NCBI GenBank assembly: GCA_965203325.1
Contig: OZ241875.1
Coordinates: forward strand, 2,242,702-2,306,701
DNA length: 64,000 nucleotides
Reading direction: 5' to 3'
From: a bacterium
GTDB taxonomy: Bacteria > UBA8248
Positions 38,932-48,146 of this stretch are shown here, in pieces (within the stretch, counting starts at the first letter, position 1; each line of letters starts with the position of its first letter). The notes beneath the pieces are model-generated. The model was not told where the DNA came from, searched no databases, and saw only the letters and a list, made by a program, of their open reading frames with translations. Both the position numbers and the translations under genes were made by a program.

Positions 38932-40044
38932 TCACGCCTGCTCGATGGCGGAGAGGAACCACTGGTTCGGCCCCTCGGGCCGCGCCCACGTCCAGTGCTC
39001 GGCGAAACTCACGCGCTGCGTACGGCTGCCCTCGACCAGATCCCCGCTTCTCTCGTCCACCACGTAGTCGCATAGGCTCGCCTCGTAGCGCACGGTGATG
39101 AATTCGAAGCCCTCCTCGCTCCAGGCCTCGACGATCTCTGCTTTCTGAACCTCCACGTCGTCGAGCTTGTTGATCTTTCCCTCGCTCTTGAGACCCTCGA
39201 CGTCGCGCTGGACTTCCCCGTAAATCTCCTTGTCCATCAGGTCGCGCACGGGGGAGAGATCACGCGCTGTCCAGGCTTTCTGGAAGCGGATGAAGTTCTC
39301 CTTCGCCAGACCGACGAAGGCCTGTTCCGAGAAAGATGCGTCGTTCTCACTCATACTCTTGAGCGCCGCATCGCTCGCCGAATCACGGCGCGGGCCTGCG
39401 CTATGGCCTCCCGCCGAGCGGGTTGCGCCGCCGGCGGCGCCGATGTCGGGGCCGCGATAGACGCCGCCCGACCTCTCGTGCCTGCCGGGCGCTTCGTACC
39501 TCCCGCGCGGCTCCTCCTCGTAACCCCCCACACCGTAGGGGTCGGCCTCGGCGTAGCGGTCCCCCGAATAGCGGGGTTCCTGGTAGGAGGCGGAGGCGCG
39601 GTTGCGCATCATCCGGAAGACGAAGAAGATGACCCCGCCGATCAGGAGAATTTCCAGCAGACCGAAACCGCCTCCCATTCCCATGCCGCCCATTCCGCCG
39701 AAGAGCATGCGCCCCAGCATTCCGCCGAGCAAAAACCCGCCGATGCCAGCGAACAGGCCCGAGCCCAAACCACCGCCCAGGAACGAGGACCTCTGGAGCG
39801 GCCTTCGCGAGAAGCTGCGCGCCCCGGAGCGCGAGCCGAACGAGCGCCTCGAGAAGCCCCTGCGCCCGAAACTGCCGAACCCGCGCGAGCCTCGGAACCC
39901 GAAGGAGCGGAAGCCGCCGAAGCGCCTCGCCTCGGCGTCCTGGGTCACCAGAACCAGGCCGTCCGGGGTGCGCGCGGGCGCGCCGAGATGCGCGGGGGCC
40001 AGAAACAGAAATGTGAACAGTGCGGCGATGAGAATAGACTTCAT
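38932..40044 (-). CDS. Tim44-like domain protein with signal peptide and RGG/FG-rich region
   Basis: C-terminal Tim44-like fold motifs (AFVGLAKENFIRFQKAW...). Confidence 0.75.
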   Translation of the reverse strand: MKSILIAALFTFLFLAPAHLGAPARTPDGLVLVTQDAEARRFGGFRSFGFRGSRGFGSFGRRGFSRRSFGSRSGARSFSRRPLQRSSFLGGGLGSGLFAGIGGFLLGGMLGRMLFGGMGGMGMGGGFGLLEILLIGGVIFFVFRMMRNRASASYQEPRYSGDRYAEADPYGVGGYEEEPRGRYEAPGRHERSGGVYRGPDIGAAGGATRSAGGHSAGPRRDSASDAALKSMSENDASFSEQAFVGLAKENFIRFQKAWTARDLSPVRDLMDKEIYGEVQRDVEGLKSEGKINKLDDVEVQKAEIVEAWSEEGFEFITVRYEASLCDYVVDERSGDLVEGSRTQRVSFAEHWTWARPEGPNQWFLSAIEQA

Positions 40045-40235
40045 GCGATACCTCCGAATGCGGCCAGGCCCGAAAGACGAGCGTCTCTACTGCTCTGATT
40101 ATCCCAATATCGGGAGTCCAAGTCCATTGCGAGGCAGGGATGGCGGATGGCGTGCGCATCCAAGGGTCCGGCGGTTTCTGTACGCAGCCCCTGAATTCCC
40201 TCATTGCGGGGTTGTTGAATAAGCCGGTATACGGC

Positions 40236-40446
40236 CCCTACGAAGATCGCTCTTCACTAATGAGAATATCAAATCAACTCCCCCCTTGAGGGGGAGTCGA
40301 GGAAGCCGAGCGGTTTGTGCGAAGGCTGACTCGGTGGGGGGAGCTTTACTCTGTGGCATGTCCCCCCACCGATTCGGTTTCGGGTTGACACCCTCACCTC
40401 ATCGTCTGGCTTTCCCCTCGGGAAGCCAGACCCTCAAGGGGGGAGT
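40236..40446. repeat. Family-A palindromic element copy 4 (with an extra nested hairpin TCTGGCTTTCCCCTCGGGAAGCCAGA)
   Basis: Same outer and inner inverted repeats as copy 1; the shared 5' extension CCCCTACGAAGATCGCTC. Confidence 0.8.
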
Positions 40447-40529
40447 GTATCTTTCTTTTTCATCGGTCGCGTTAAATCCTCGTTTATCGGAGGTTATTCA
40501 ACAGCCCCATTACGCGCAGGCCTGCTCTC

Positions 40530-40625
40530 CTCATCCTGAGTAGGCGCGAATGCGCCGTATCGAAGGATGTCCCTCCTCGACCTCCATGATATGCGCCCTT
40601 CGATACGCGGCTTCGCCGCTACTCA
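40530..40625. other. ~95-nt long imperfect hairpin (outer CCTGAGTAG/CTACTCAGG, inner GTATCGAAGG/CCTTCGATAC) upstream of the CoA-transferase gene
   Basis: Direct reading; a third CTACTCAGG copy at 40668. Confidence 0.3.
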
Positions 40626-40881
40626 GGGGGAGGGGGAGGGAAAAGTTCGCGCCGGTCAAGATGAGGGCTACTCAGGATTTGGGTGGGGGATTAAATCGAC
40701 CCACTCGCCGGGCGAGGCCCCCGGCTCGCGGGAAGCGGAGGCCAGGGCGGCGAAAACTCCGCAAATCGTTGCCGGGGCATCCGCCCTCTGCTACCATCGG
40801 GGCGTCCCGCGAAACGTAATTCTTCGAACTTGTCCCGGGCCGTGAGGCGTCGGCCCCTGAACCTGAGGAAGCGCCGATTCC

Positions 40882-42081
40882 ATGAACGAACACAAAAAAA
40901 TGCCGCTCGAGGGCGTCCGGGTCATCGACATCGGGACCCTGTTCGCCGGCCCCTGGATAGCTACCTACATGGCGGATTTCGGCGCCGAGGTGATCAAGAT
41001 CGAGCACCCGCGCGGCGATTCCCTGAGAAACTTCGCCTCCCAGAAAGACGGCGTCTCGCTGTGGTGGAAACTCGCGAGCCGCAACAAGAAATCCATCACC
41101 TGCAACATCTCCTCGCCCGAGGGCCAGGAGATCCTCCGCAAGCTGTGCGAGAGCGCGGACGTCCTGGTGGAGAACTTCCGCCCTGGCACGATGGAGAGGT
41201 GGGGCTTCTCCTGGGAGAGCCTCCACGCCCTGAACCCCAAGCTCATCCTCGCGCGGACGAGCGGCTTCGGGCAGAAGGGCCCCTACGCGCAAAGGCCCGG
41301 CTTCGGCACGCTGGCGGAAGCCATGAGCGGCTTCGCGCACATCACGGGCTTTCCCGACGGGCCGCCCACATTGCCGCCCTTCGCCCTGGCCGACGGCATC
41401 AGCGCGCTTTGCGGCACCTACGCCGTGATGATGGCGCTCTACCACCGCGACGTGCACGACGCGCCGGGGCAGGAGATCGACATCGCCATCTACGAGCCCA
41501 TCACCATGGTGCTCGGCCCCCAGCCACTCGAATACGACCAGCTAGGCTACGTCCAGATGCGCACCGGAAACGCGATTCCCTTCGCCGCGCCCAGAAACGC
41601 CTACCGCTGCAAGGACGGGCGCTACGTCGTGATATCGGCGAGTGCGGAGAACATCTTCAAGCGCGTCATGCGCGCCGTGGGGCGCGAGGACCTGGGCGAT
41701 GACCCGAGAATGGTCACACAGGCGGGCCGGGTGGAGAACATGGCCGAACTCGATGGCGCCATCCAGGCGTGGATAGCCGAGCACACGCTCGATGAGACGA
41801 TTGCCCATTTCGAAAAACACGAATGCGCCCTGGGGCCCATCTACGACGTGGCCCAGTTCATGGCCGACCCCCACGTGCAGGCGCGCGAGACCATCACCAC
41901 CGTGGAGGATGAGGAATTAGGCCCCATCAAGATGCAAAACGTGATCCCGAGGCTGAAGGGCTCGCCGGGCACCATCCGCTGGGCGGGGCCTCCGATGGGC
42001 AAGCATACCGACGAGGTGCTGGAAGGAATCGGCTACGACGCCTCGGCCATTTCCTTGCTCAGGGACAAGGGCGTCATCTAG
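40882..42081 (+). CDS. CaiB/BaiF family (class III) CoA-transferase
   Basis: Family-wide similarity (GVRVIDIGT...). Confidence 0.9.
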   Translation: MNEHKKMPLEGVRVIDIGTLFAGPWIATYMADFGAEVIKIEHPRGDSLRNFASQKDGVSLWWKLASRNKKSITCNISSPEGQEILRKLCESADVLVENFRPGTMERWGFSWESLHALNPKLILARTSGFGQKGPYAQRPGFGTLAEAMSGFAHITGFPDGPPTLPPFALADGISALCGTYAVMMALYHRDVHDAPGQEIDIAIYEPITMVLGPQPLEYDQLGYVQMRTGNAIPFAAPRNAYRCKDGRYVVISASAENIFKRVMRAVGREDLGDDPRMVTQAGRVENMAELDGAIQAWIAEHTLDETIAHFEKHECALGPIYDVAQFMADPHVQARETITTVEDEELGPIKMQNVIPRLKGSPGTIRWAGPPMGKHTDEVLEGIGYDASAISLLRDKGVI

Positions 42082-42089
42082 CCTTCGCG

Positions 42090-42992
42090 ATGAGAGCGCC
42101 GCCCGAGCACTGCGTTTTCATCTTTCACGAAGGTTATTACGCCTACATCGGCCAGCACGTCCTGCAAGCCGAGAAATACCAGAAGACCCACGCCAGACTG
42201 AGAGAGGCAGGGCTGCCCGATAGCGCCTTTCTGGCGCCCTCCACCGCGACGGAAGAAGAACTGGCCCTCGTCCATACGCAGGAGTATCTGGCGGATCTGC
42301 GCTCGGGCGTGCACACAGCGCGCACGGCGCCGAGCGAGCTCCCCATCAGCAAGCAGATCGTGGACGCGAGCTTTCTCGCGACGGGCGGCACGATCCTCGC
42401 CGCGCGCGAGGCGCTCGCAAGGGGCCGCGCCGTCAACCTGACCGGGGGCTTCCACCACGCCTTCGCCGATCAGGCGGAAGGTTTTTGTTATATCAACGAT
42501 TTGGCGGTCGCCGTGCGCGTCCTCATGAAAGAGGGCTCCGTCGAAAGAGCCGCCGTGATCGACTGCGACCTGCACCAGGGAAACGGCACCGCCGTCATCT
42601 TCCGCCGCGAAGAGGCGGTGTTCACCTTTTCCATCCACCAGGAGAACATCTACCCGCAAAAGAAAAGAAGCGATTTGGACGTCGGCCTTTACGACCTCGC
42701 GACGGAAGACGAATACCTCCCGCATCTCGAAAAACACATCCCGAAGATTCTCGATGAGCACAGGCCCGACCTGGTGATGTACCAGGCGGGGGCGGACCCG
42801 TATTCGGGGGATCAGCTCGGAACACTCAAGCTCTCGAAAGAGGGCTTGAGGCGGCGCGATGCGTACATGCTCACTGAGTGCCACGCGCGCGGGATTCCCG
42901 TGGCGGGCACCCTGGGAGGGGGATACGCCCTCAATCCTGCGGACACGGTGGACATCCACCTTCAGACGGCGACCTGTTTTTGGGAGGTCTGA
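42090..42992 (+). CDS. Histone deacetylase-family (AcuC/AphA-like) protein
   Basis: GGFHHA, DCDLHQGNGT, and YQAGADP motifs. Confidence 0.85.
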   Translation: MRAPPEHCVFIFHEGYYAYIGQHVLQAEKYQKTHARLREAGLPDSAFLAPSTATEEELALVHTQEYLADLRSGVHTARTAPSELPISKQIVDASFLATGGTILAAREALARGRAVNLTGGFHHAFADQAEGFCYINDLAVAVRVLMKEGSVERAAVIDCDLHQGNGTAVIFRREEAVFTFSIHQENIYPQKKRSDLDVGLYDLATEDEYLPHLEKHIPKILDEHRPDLVMYQAGADPYSGDQLGTLKLSKEGLRRRDAYMLTECHARGIPVAGTLGGGYALNPADTVDIHLQTATCFWEV

Positions 42993-43068
42993 TTTCTCGC
43001 TTCTCCCGAAGCGGGGGCTGTGTGTATACTCCCCTGAAATTCCGTGGCTCACCTGAACAAGGAAGCGA

Positions 43069-44376
43069 ATGACTACGTTCCCGCAAAGCGGCCCCGCCAA
43101 AAAACCGAAATTCTACTACGGCTGGCTCATCGTCTGGCTCTCTTTCTTCACGCTGGGCTTCCACGTCGTCACGCGGTTTTCCTTCGGCATCTTCCAGGTT
43201 CCCCTGCTCGAGGAATTCGGCTGGAGCCGGGGTCTCCTGAGCGGGGCGTTCTCGCTCTCGATGGCCACCTACGCCTTGGGCGCGCCGTTCGCCGGCTCGC
43301 TACTTGAGAAAAAAGGCCCGCGCGCCATCATGCCGTGGGGTTCGGTGATACTGGGCCTCACGTTCATCTCGTGCTACTTCGTCTCCTCGCTCTGGCACCT
43401 CTACATCCTCTTCGGGCTCTTCGCCGGCTACGGCCTCTCGTTGAGCGGCTTCTCCACGCACAGCGCCATCATGCCCCGCTGGTTCGTGAAGAAAAGAGGC
43501 CGCGCCACGGGAATCGCGCTATCGGGCATCGGAATCGGCATCCTCGTCCTGGCGCCTCTCATCGAGCGCCTCATCGCGTCCGTCGGCTGGCGCTACACGT
43601 ATGTGATCTTCGGCCTGATCATTCTGTGCGTCGTCTCTCCCGCGAGCTTTCTCCTGCTGCGCGACGTGCCGGAAGACGTCGGGCAGGGGCCGGACGGCGG
43701 CCCGCCGCGCACCCCCGAGGAGCTGACGAGAGCCGGCGTCGGCCACGGCGGCGAGGGCAAGGGCGTGTGGGAGGTCTTCTCGGCCGTGAGGCGCGACATC
43801 CGGTTTTGGTGCCTCATCCTGATGGTCTTCGCCATCGGGCTCAACAACAACACCATCATGAGCCAGTTGCAGCTCTATCTCGTCGACGTGGGATACGGCA
43901 CCGCCCTTGCGGCCCTCATCTTCGGCTCCGTCGGCTTCATCCGGACGTTCGGCAGCATCGGCGGCGGATGGGTGGGCGACCTCATCGGGCGGGGGCGCGG
44001 CGTGGCGCTCGCGGCCGTGGTGGTGGCGGCGGGCCTGACGCTGCTCATCCTCATCCCCCATTTCGGCGGGGGCATCCTGCCGGGCTACGCCTTTGCACTC
44101 GTGTACGGAATCGGCATCGGCGCCATGAGCGCGTGCTATTCCGCCCTGGCGGGGGATTGCTTCGGGGGCCGCACATACGGCGTCATCATCGGCTTCATGG
44201 AGATCTGCTACGGGCTGGGAGGCGTCGTCGGCGCGCCATTCGCGGGGTTCATGTTCGATTACACGAAAAGCTACTTCATTCCCTTCCTGACGATCATCTT
44301 CTTCATGTTCGTCTCGTTAACCCTCGCGCTCTGGCTGCAGGCCTACATGAAAAAACACGGCCTCGAACCAAGGTAG
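43069..44376 (+). CDS. MFS transporter
   Basis: 12 TM, MFS loop motifs; the 3' end is duplicated at 46418-46473. Confidence 0.85.
   Translation: MTTFPQSGPAKKPKFYYGWLIVWLSFFTLGFHVVTRFSFGIFQVPLLEEFGWSRGLLSGAFSLSMATYALGAPFAGSLLEKKGPRAIMPWGSVILGLTFISCYFVSSLWHLYILFGLFAGYGLSLSGFSTHSAIMPRWFVKKRGRATGIALSGIGIGILVLAPLIERLIASVGWRYTYVIFGLIILCVVSPASFLLLRDVPEDVGQGPDGGPPRTPEELTRAGVGHGGEGKGVWEVFSAVRRDIRFWCLILMVFAIGLNNNTIMSQLQLYLVDVGYGTALAALIFGSVGFIRTFGSIGGGWVGDLIGRGRGVALAAVVVAAGLTLLILIPHFGGGILPGYAFALVYGIGIGAMSACYSALAGDCFGGRTYGVIIGFMEICYGLGGVVGAPFAGFMFDYTKSYFIPFLTIIFFMFVSLTLALWLQAYMKKHGLEPR
44321..44376. repeat. Left 56-bp direct repeat (native 3' end of the MFS gene)
   Basis: 52/56 identical to 46418-46473. 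Confidence 0.85.
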
Positions 44377-44466
44377 TAATTGCCATCTTTTGCTGGCCGT
44401 ATCAGATATATTATTGCTTTGTCGCTATTCACTAATTCACAGCATATAAAACTTGACATATATAAT

Positions 44467-44505
44467 AACCTTATGTATACGTCCTTAGGACGTATACATA
44501 AGGTT
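44467..44505 (+). promoter_or_regulatory. 39-bp palindrome AACCTTATGTATACGTCCT-T-AGGACGTATACATAAGGTT (putative AbiEi operator 1)
   Basis: Direct reading; shares the core ACGTCCTNAGGACGT with 44565-44599. Confidence 0.5.
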
Positions 44506-44564
44506 ATATTTTATTTTCGAAAATGGCTTTTTTAGTTGCGGAGTGCCGTGACTTTAATATATTT

Positions 44565-44599
44565 AACATGATAAACGTCCTAAGGACGTTTATCATGTT
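44565..44599 (+). promoter_or_regulatory. 35-bp palindrome AACATGATAAACGTCCT-A-AGGACGTTTATCATGTT (putative operator 2)
   Basis: Direct reading; lies 33 bp upstream of the abiEi ATG. Confidence 0.5.
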
Positions 44600-44631
44600 A
44601 AATTTTCTAATTCTATATAAGACATGAGATA

Positions 44632-45540
44632 ATGGCGGTATACTCTCCGGGAGCATATAAAGGAAAACCGACCCGAGCCACCAGCTACCTGGCAGGCTTG
44701 CTCGAAGAAAACGACAAGCCGGTTCTGACCCAGCTCGATTTTTTGCAAATCATTCGCCAAATGTACCGAGAATCACCCGACAAGAAACTATATCTGCGCC
44801 ACGATACTCCTGGCCGGGCAGACTGCTTTCGTCTCAGGTCAAACTTGAATAGGCAAGGCGTAATCGGGCCCGATCGGGATTATGGCGCGCGCATCATCAG
44901 GGTGTTGGCCGTTTCGGACCTTCCGGCTGAAGGCATCGTCTGCCTCGTCGATCCGACATGCTACATTTCCCACCTCTCCGCTATGCAGCGGTGGGGACTC
45001 ACCGACCGAAGACCGGATGCCCTGATGCTGACGCGCCCGGATCGCAAGACCGCCATGATCCACTTAAAAGCACACACGTCGAAAATTCTGGGAACAGGAG
45101 AAACCAATCTCTTCCCGCTGAAGATCGTCGGTCATCCCGCTCGTGTCCGAAGGCGGGCCGTCCACGTTCATGAAAGCAAAACCGCAGGGGCGTTTTTGAA
45201 GAACCGGGGGGATGGAGTGTCTCTCTCGACTATCGGACAAACTTTCCTCGACATGCTTCAAAGGCCCGATCTTTGCGGGGGGATGTCTCATGTTCTCGAT
45301 ATTTGGGAAGAACACGCTAAAACCTATTTCAGCGAAATTGTCACATCGGTCGGGACCGCCAAAATCGGGATCGTCAAAAGCCGGGCCGGCTACATCCTTG
45401 AAGAACGGTTAGGGTTGCATCACCGCGAAATAGAGCGCTGGCAATCATGCGCTCAGCGCGGCGGTAGTCGCAAGCTCGATCCGGCCAAGGCCTTTGCGCC
45501 GACCTATTCAGAAAAATGGATGATTTCCCTCAATGCCTGA
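44632..45540 (+). CDS. AbiEi-family antitoxin / transcriptional regulator (type IV TA)
   Basis: CYISHLSAMQRWGLTD resembles the AbiEi/COG5340 YhSxxSAL..hGL core; it overlaps the downstream gene by 8 nt. Confidence 0.65.
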   Translation: MAVYSPGAYKGKPTRATSYLAGLLEENDKPVLTQLDFLQIIRQMYRESPDKKLYLRHDTPGRADCFRLRSNLNRQGVIGPDRDYGARIIRVLAVSDLPAEGIVCLVDPTCYISHLSAMQRWGLTDRRPDALMLTRPDRKTAMIHLKAHTSKILGTGETNLFPLKIVGHPARVRRRAVHVHESKTAGAFLKNRGDGVSLSTIGQTFLDMLQRPDLCGGMSHVLDIWEEHAKTYFSEIVTSVGTAKIGIVKSRAGYILEERLGLHHREIERWQSCAQRGGSRKLDPAKAFAPTYSEKWMISLNA

Positions 45541-46414
45541 ACCCAATCTTAAAATTGACGTTGCCAGGTGGGTCGAAAATGCGAAGGCCGACCCGGTCGC
45601 CTACCAGCAACGCCAGACGGTGGAAATAGTCCTCAACGCCATAGCGATGACGGTCCCCCTTAACGCAAAGATGTTCCTGAAAGGCGGCATTCTCATGGGT
45701 CTCGCCTATGACAGCCCAAGGCAAACGACCGACATCGATATGTCGACAAACCTTATGGCCCGAAGCGAAACCGCAGACAGGGTCAAAACGCTACTGGATT
45801 CAGCTTTCCCTCGCGCGGCCGCAGCGCTGGGTTATGCCGACCTCGTCCTTAAAACTCACTCGGCAAAAAAGATGCCTAAGAAAACAATCTTTGAAACAGC
45901 GGATTTCCCCGCCCTAAAACTCAAAATCGCTTATGCGCGCCGAAGGACAAAACAAGAAATGAGGCTTTTGGAGGGCAAAGTTTCTGAGGTGATTGACCTA
46001 GATATTTCATTCAACGAAACCTTGCAACATATCCAAGTATTAGAACTAACCGGTGGACAGGAGCTGCAAGCTTATGGCCTCGTCGATCTCATCGCCGAAA
46101 AATATCGCGCTATGCTTCAACAAGTGCCACGAAGGCGTAACCGGCGACAAGATGTCTACGATCTCGATTTGCTGCTTAGAATGCATCGGATCGATGACAT
46201 TCTCCGCACGCAAATCCTGGATGTTTTCATTGCGAAATGCCGGTCGCGCCGTATAGAGCCGACACGTTCGTCCCTAGACGACCCCGAGGTCAAAACAAGG
46301 TCTCGCGCAGAGTGGCAAACGATGAAATTGGAGTTAGGCGAAGTGCCGGATTTTGAGCGCTGTTTCGCCCGCATCTCGGAATTTTATCGGAACCTGCCTT
46401 GGAAACCAGAATGA
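45533..46414 (+). CDS. AbiEii/AbiGii-family nucleotidyltransferase toxin (DUF1814)
   Basis: FLKGGILMGLAYDSPRQTTDIDMS matches lKGGtAL...R.S.DIDf. Confidence 0.7.
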   Translation: MPEPNLKIDVARWVENAKADPVAYQQRQTVEIVLNAIAMTVPLNAKMFLKGGILMGLAYDSPRQTTDIDMSTNLMARSETADRVKTLLDSAFPRAAAALGYADLVLKTHSAKKMPKKTIFETADFPALKLKIAYARRRTKQEMRLLEGKVSEVIDLDISFNETLQHIQVLELTGGQELQAYGLVDLIAEKYRAMLQQVPRRRNRRQDVYDLDLLLRMHRIDDILRTQILDVFIAKCRSRRIEPTRSSLDDPEVKTRSRAEWQTMKLELGEVPDFERCFARISEFYRNLPWKPE

Positions 46415-46479
46415 TAGCCCTCGCGCACTGGCTGCAGGCCTACATGAAAAAACACGGCCTGGAGCCGAGGTAGGGGCCG

Positions 46480-47349
46480 TTATTTCAGGTTTTCGAGATA
46501 CCGCTTCACCTCGTAGCGTTCGGTGAGTTCGATAAACTTCTGCCGCATCGCCTCCTGCCTGTTGCGCTCGCCCATCTCCTTGGTGATTTTCTCCGCCACT
46601 TCCGAGAAATCGAGTTGCTTGGCCCCCTCCTTCTTGGAGGTTTTCACGACGTGCCAGCCGTAGATGCTCTGCACGACACCACTGTGCGCGCCCGGATCGA
46701 GAGAAAACGCCGTCTGCTCGATTATCCCGGGCAGGCCCGTCCTCTTGCTGTGGCCCCGGCTCATCTCGCCCAGGCTCCCGCCGAGCGCGCGCTCGGGCGC
46801 CAGGGAATACTTCTTCGCCAGTTCGGCGAAATCCTCTCCCCCGGCGATCTTCGCCAGCAGATCCTTCGCCTCTTTCTCGGACGAGACCATGATGTGGGCC
46901 GCGGTGACCTTGCCCCCCTCCGTGTATTTCACCTTGTTGCGCTCATACTCCGCGCGAATATCGGACGCCTTGGGCCGCGCGCCCTCCTCGATCCTGCGGA
47001 GCGCCTCGCCGATCAATATCTCGCGCCGCGCGCGCTCGATCTGCATCTTCACCCGCTCGGTGCCCAGAAAATTACTCTCATCCGCATGCCGAAGCATGAG
47101 TCTGCGCTGAATGAGGGCTTCCAGGAACGCCGCCTTGTTCGCATCCGCCTGGGCCTGCATGTTGGCGGGCAACTGGTGGATGAAGGCGTTGAATGCCCCG
47201 AGCGTTATCGGCATTCCTCCGACGTGCGCGACGATGCTCTCCTCAGCCGCCTTCGAGCCGCTCTTGGGCGCGGCGAACGCTGAGACGCCGAGAGCGAGAA
47301 AGGCCGCAAGGGTGAGCGCTGCAATTTTTGTGACGTGTGGACGCGTCAT
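46480..47349 (-). CDS. PpiC-type (parvulin) peptidyl-prolyl isomerase, SurA/PrsA-like
   Basis: Signal peptide plus a parvulin domain (GGSLGEMSRG...GWHVVK). Confidence 0.8.
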   Translation of the reverse strand: MTRPHVTKIAALTLAAFLALGVSAFAAPKSGSKAAEESIVAHVGGMPITLGAFNAFIHQLPANMQAQADANKAAFLEALIQRRLMLRHADESNFLGTERVKMQIERARREILIGEALRRIEEGARPKASDIRAEYERNKVKYTEGGKVTAAHIMVSSEKEAKDLLAKIAGGEDFAELAKKYSLAPERALGGSLGEMSRGHSKRTGLPGIIEQTAFSLDPGAHSGVVQSIYGWHVVKTSKKEGAKQLDFSEVAEKITKEMGERNRQEAMRQKFIELTERYEVKRYLENLK

Positions 47350-47428
47350 GACGTGTCTCCTGAAAATATGGCAGGCAAATGAGGAAAGGGAGATCATACA
47401 ACAAATCGCTCGGGGCTGCCTTGCGCCC

Positions 47429-48142
47429 TCAATCGTCTGCTTTCTCCATGCGCTTCGGCCCGATGAGGAGGACGCACTCGCCCCTGATTTTCTTGTCCTC
47501 GAGTTTCTCGGCCAGTTCGCGCGCTGTATCCCTCAAAATTTCCTCGTGGAGTTTCGTGATCTCCCGCGCAAGGGCCAAGGGCCGCGCCGGCGCGATGGCG
47601 GCGATCTCGCTCACGAGCCTTGGCGTTCTGTGGGGGGATTCGAAGAGGACGACCGTGCGCTCCTCATCGAGCAGCGCCTCGATTTTTTGAAGTCTCTTCC
47701 GGCCCTTGGAGGGAAGAAACCCCTCGAAGACGAAGCTGTCGGTGGGAAGCCCCGAGGCGGTGAGCGCGGCGAGAACGGAAGATGCGCCGGGTACGGGGAC
47801 AACCTGGACGCCTGCTTCTATCGCGGCGCGCACCACCCGGTAGGCGGGATCGGACACGCCCGGCGTGCCCGCGTCTGACACCACGGCGACGCACTCGCCG
47901 CTCAGCGCGCGTTCTGCCAACTCGCCCGCGCGCCTCGCCTCGTTGTGTTCGTGATAGCTTACGAGCGGTTTCTTGATTCCGAGCCTGGAGAGCAGCCTGC
48001 CCGTGTGGCGGGTGTCCTCGCACGCGATGAGGTCGCACTCGCGCAAGACCCTTAAGGCGCGTTCGGTGATGTCTTCGAGATTTCCAATCGGTGTGGCGAC
48101 GAGATAGACGCCGGGAGAGAGGGGCGGCGGCGGTTTGGCCAT
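47429..48142 (-). CDS. rsmI: 16S rRNA (cytidine1402-2'-O)-methyltransferase
   Basis: YLVATPIGNLEDIT...CEDTR signature. Confidence 0.9.
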   Translation of the reverse strand: MAKPPPPLSPGVYLVATPIGNLEDITERALRVLRECDLIACEDTRHTGRLLSRLGIKKPLVSYHEHNEARRAGELAERALSGECVAVVSDAGTPGVSDPAYRVVRAAIEAGVQVVPVPGASSVLAALTASGLPTDSFVFEGFLPSKGRKRLQKIEALLDEERTVVLFESPHRTPRLVSEIAAIAPARPLALAREITKLHEEILRDTARELAEKLEDKKIRGECVLLIGPKRMEKADD

Positions 48143-48146
48143 GCGC

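Larger units (their letters stand above)
44377..46473 (+). mobile_element. 2.1-kb low-GC insertion carrying an abiEi/abiEii module. It is bounded by a 56-bp duplication of the MFS 3' end and has no recombinase gene.
   Basis: Direct repeat, compositional shift, and self-contained promoter, operators and two-gene cargo. Confidence 0.65.

Noticed and set aside
4312-40446. Could the dispersed palindromic repeats be a CRISPR array?
   Set aside because: There is no regularly spaced direct-repeat/spacer structure. The units are inverted-repeat hairpins of several unrelated families scattered over 36 kb, and no cas genes are present.
44452-44466. TTGACA...TATAAT as the abiE promoter
   Set aside because: The spacing between hexamers is only 2 bp, so this is not a functional sigma70 arrangement; the promoter remains undefined.
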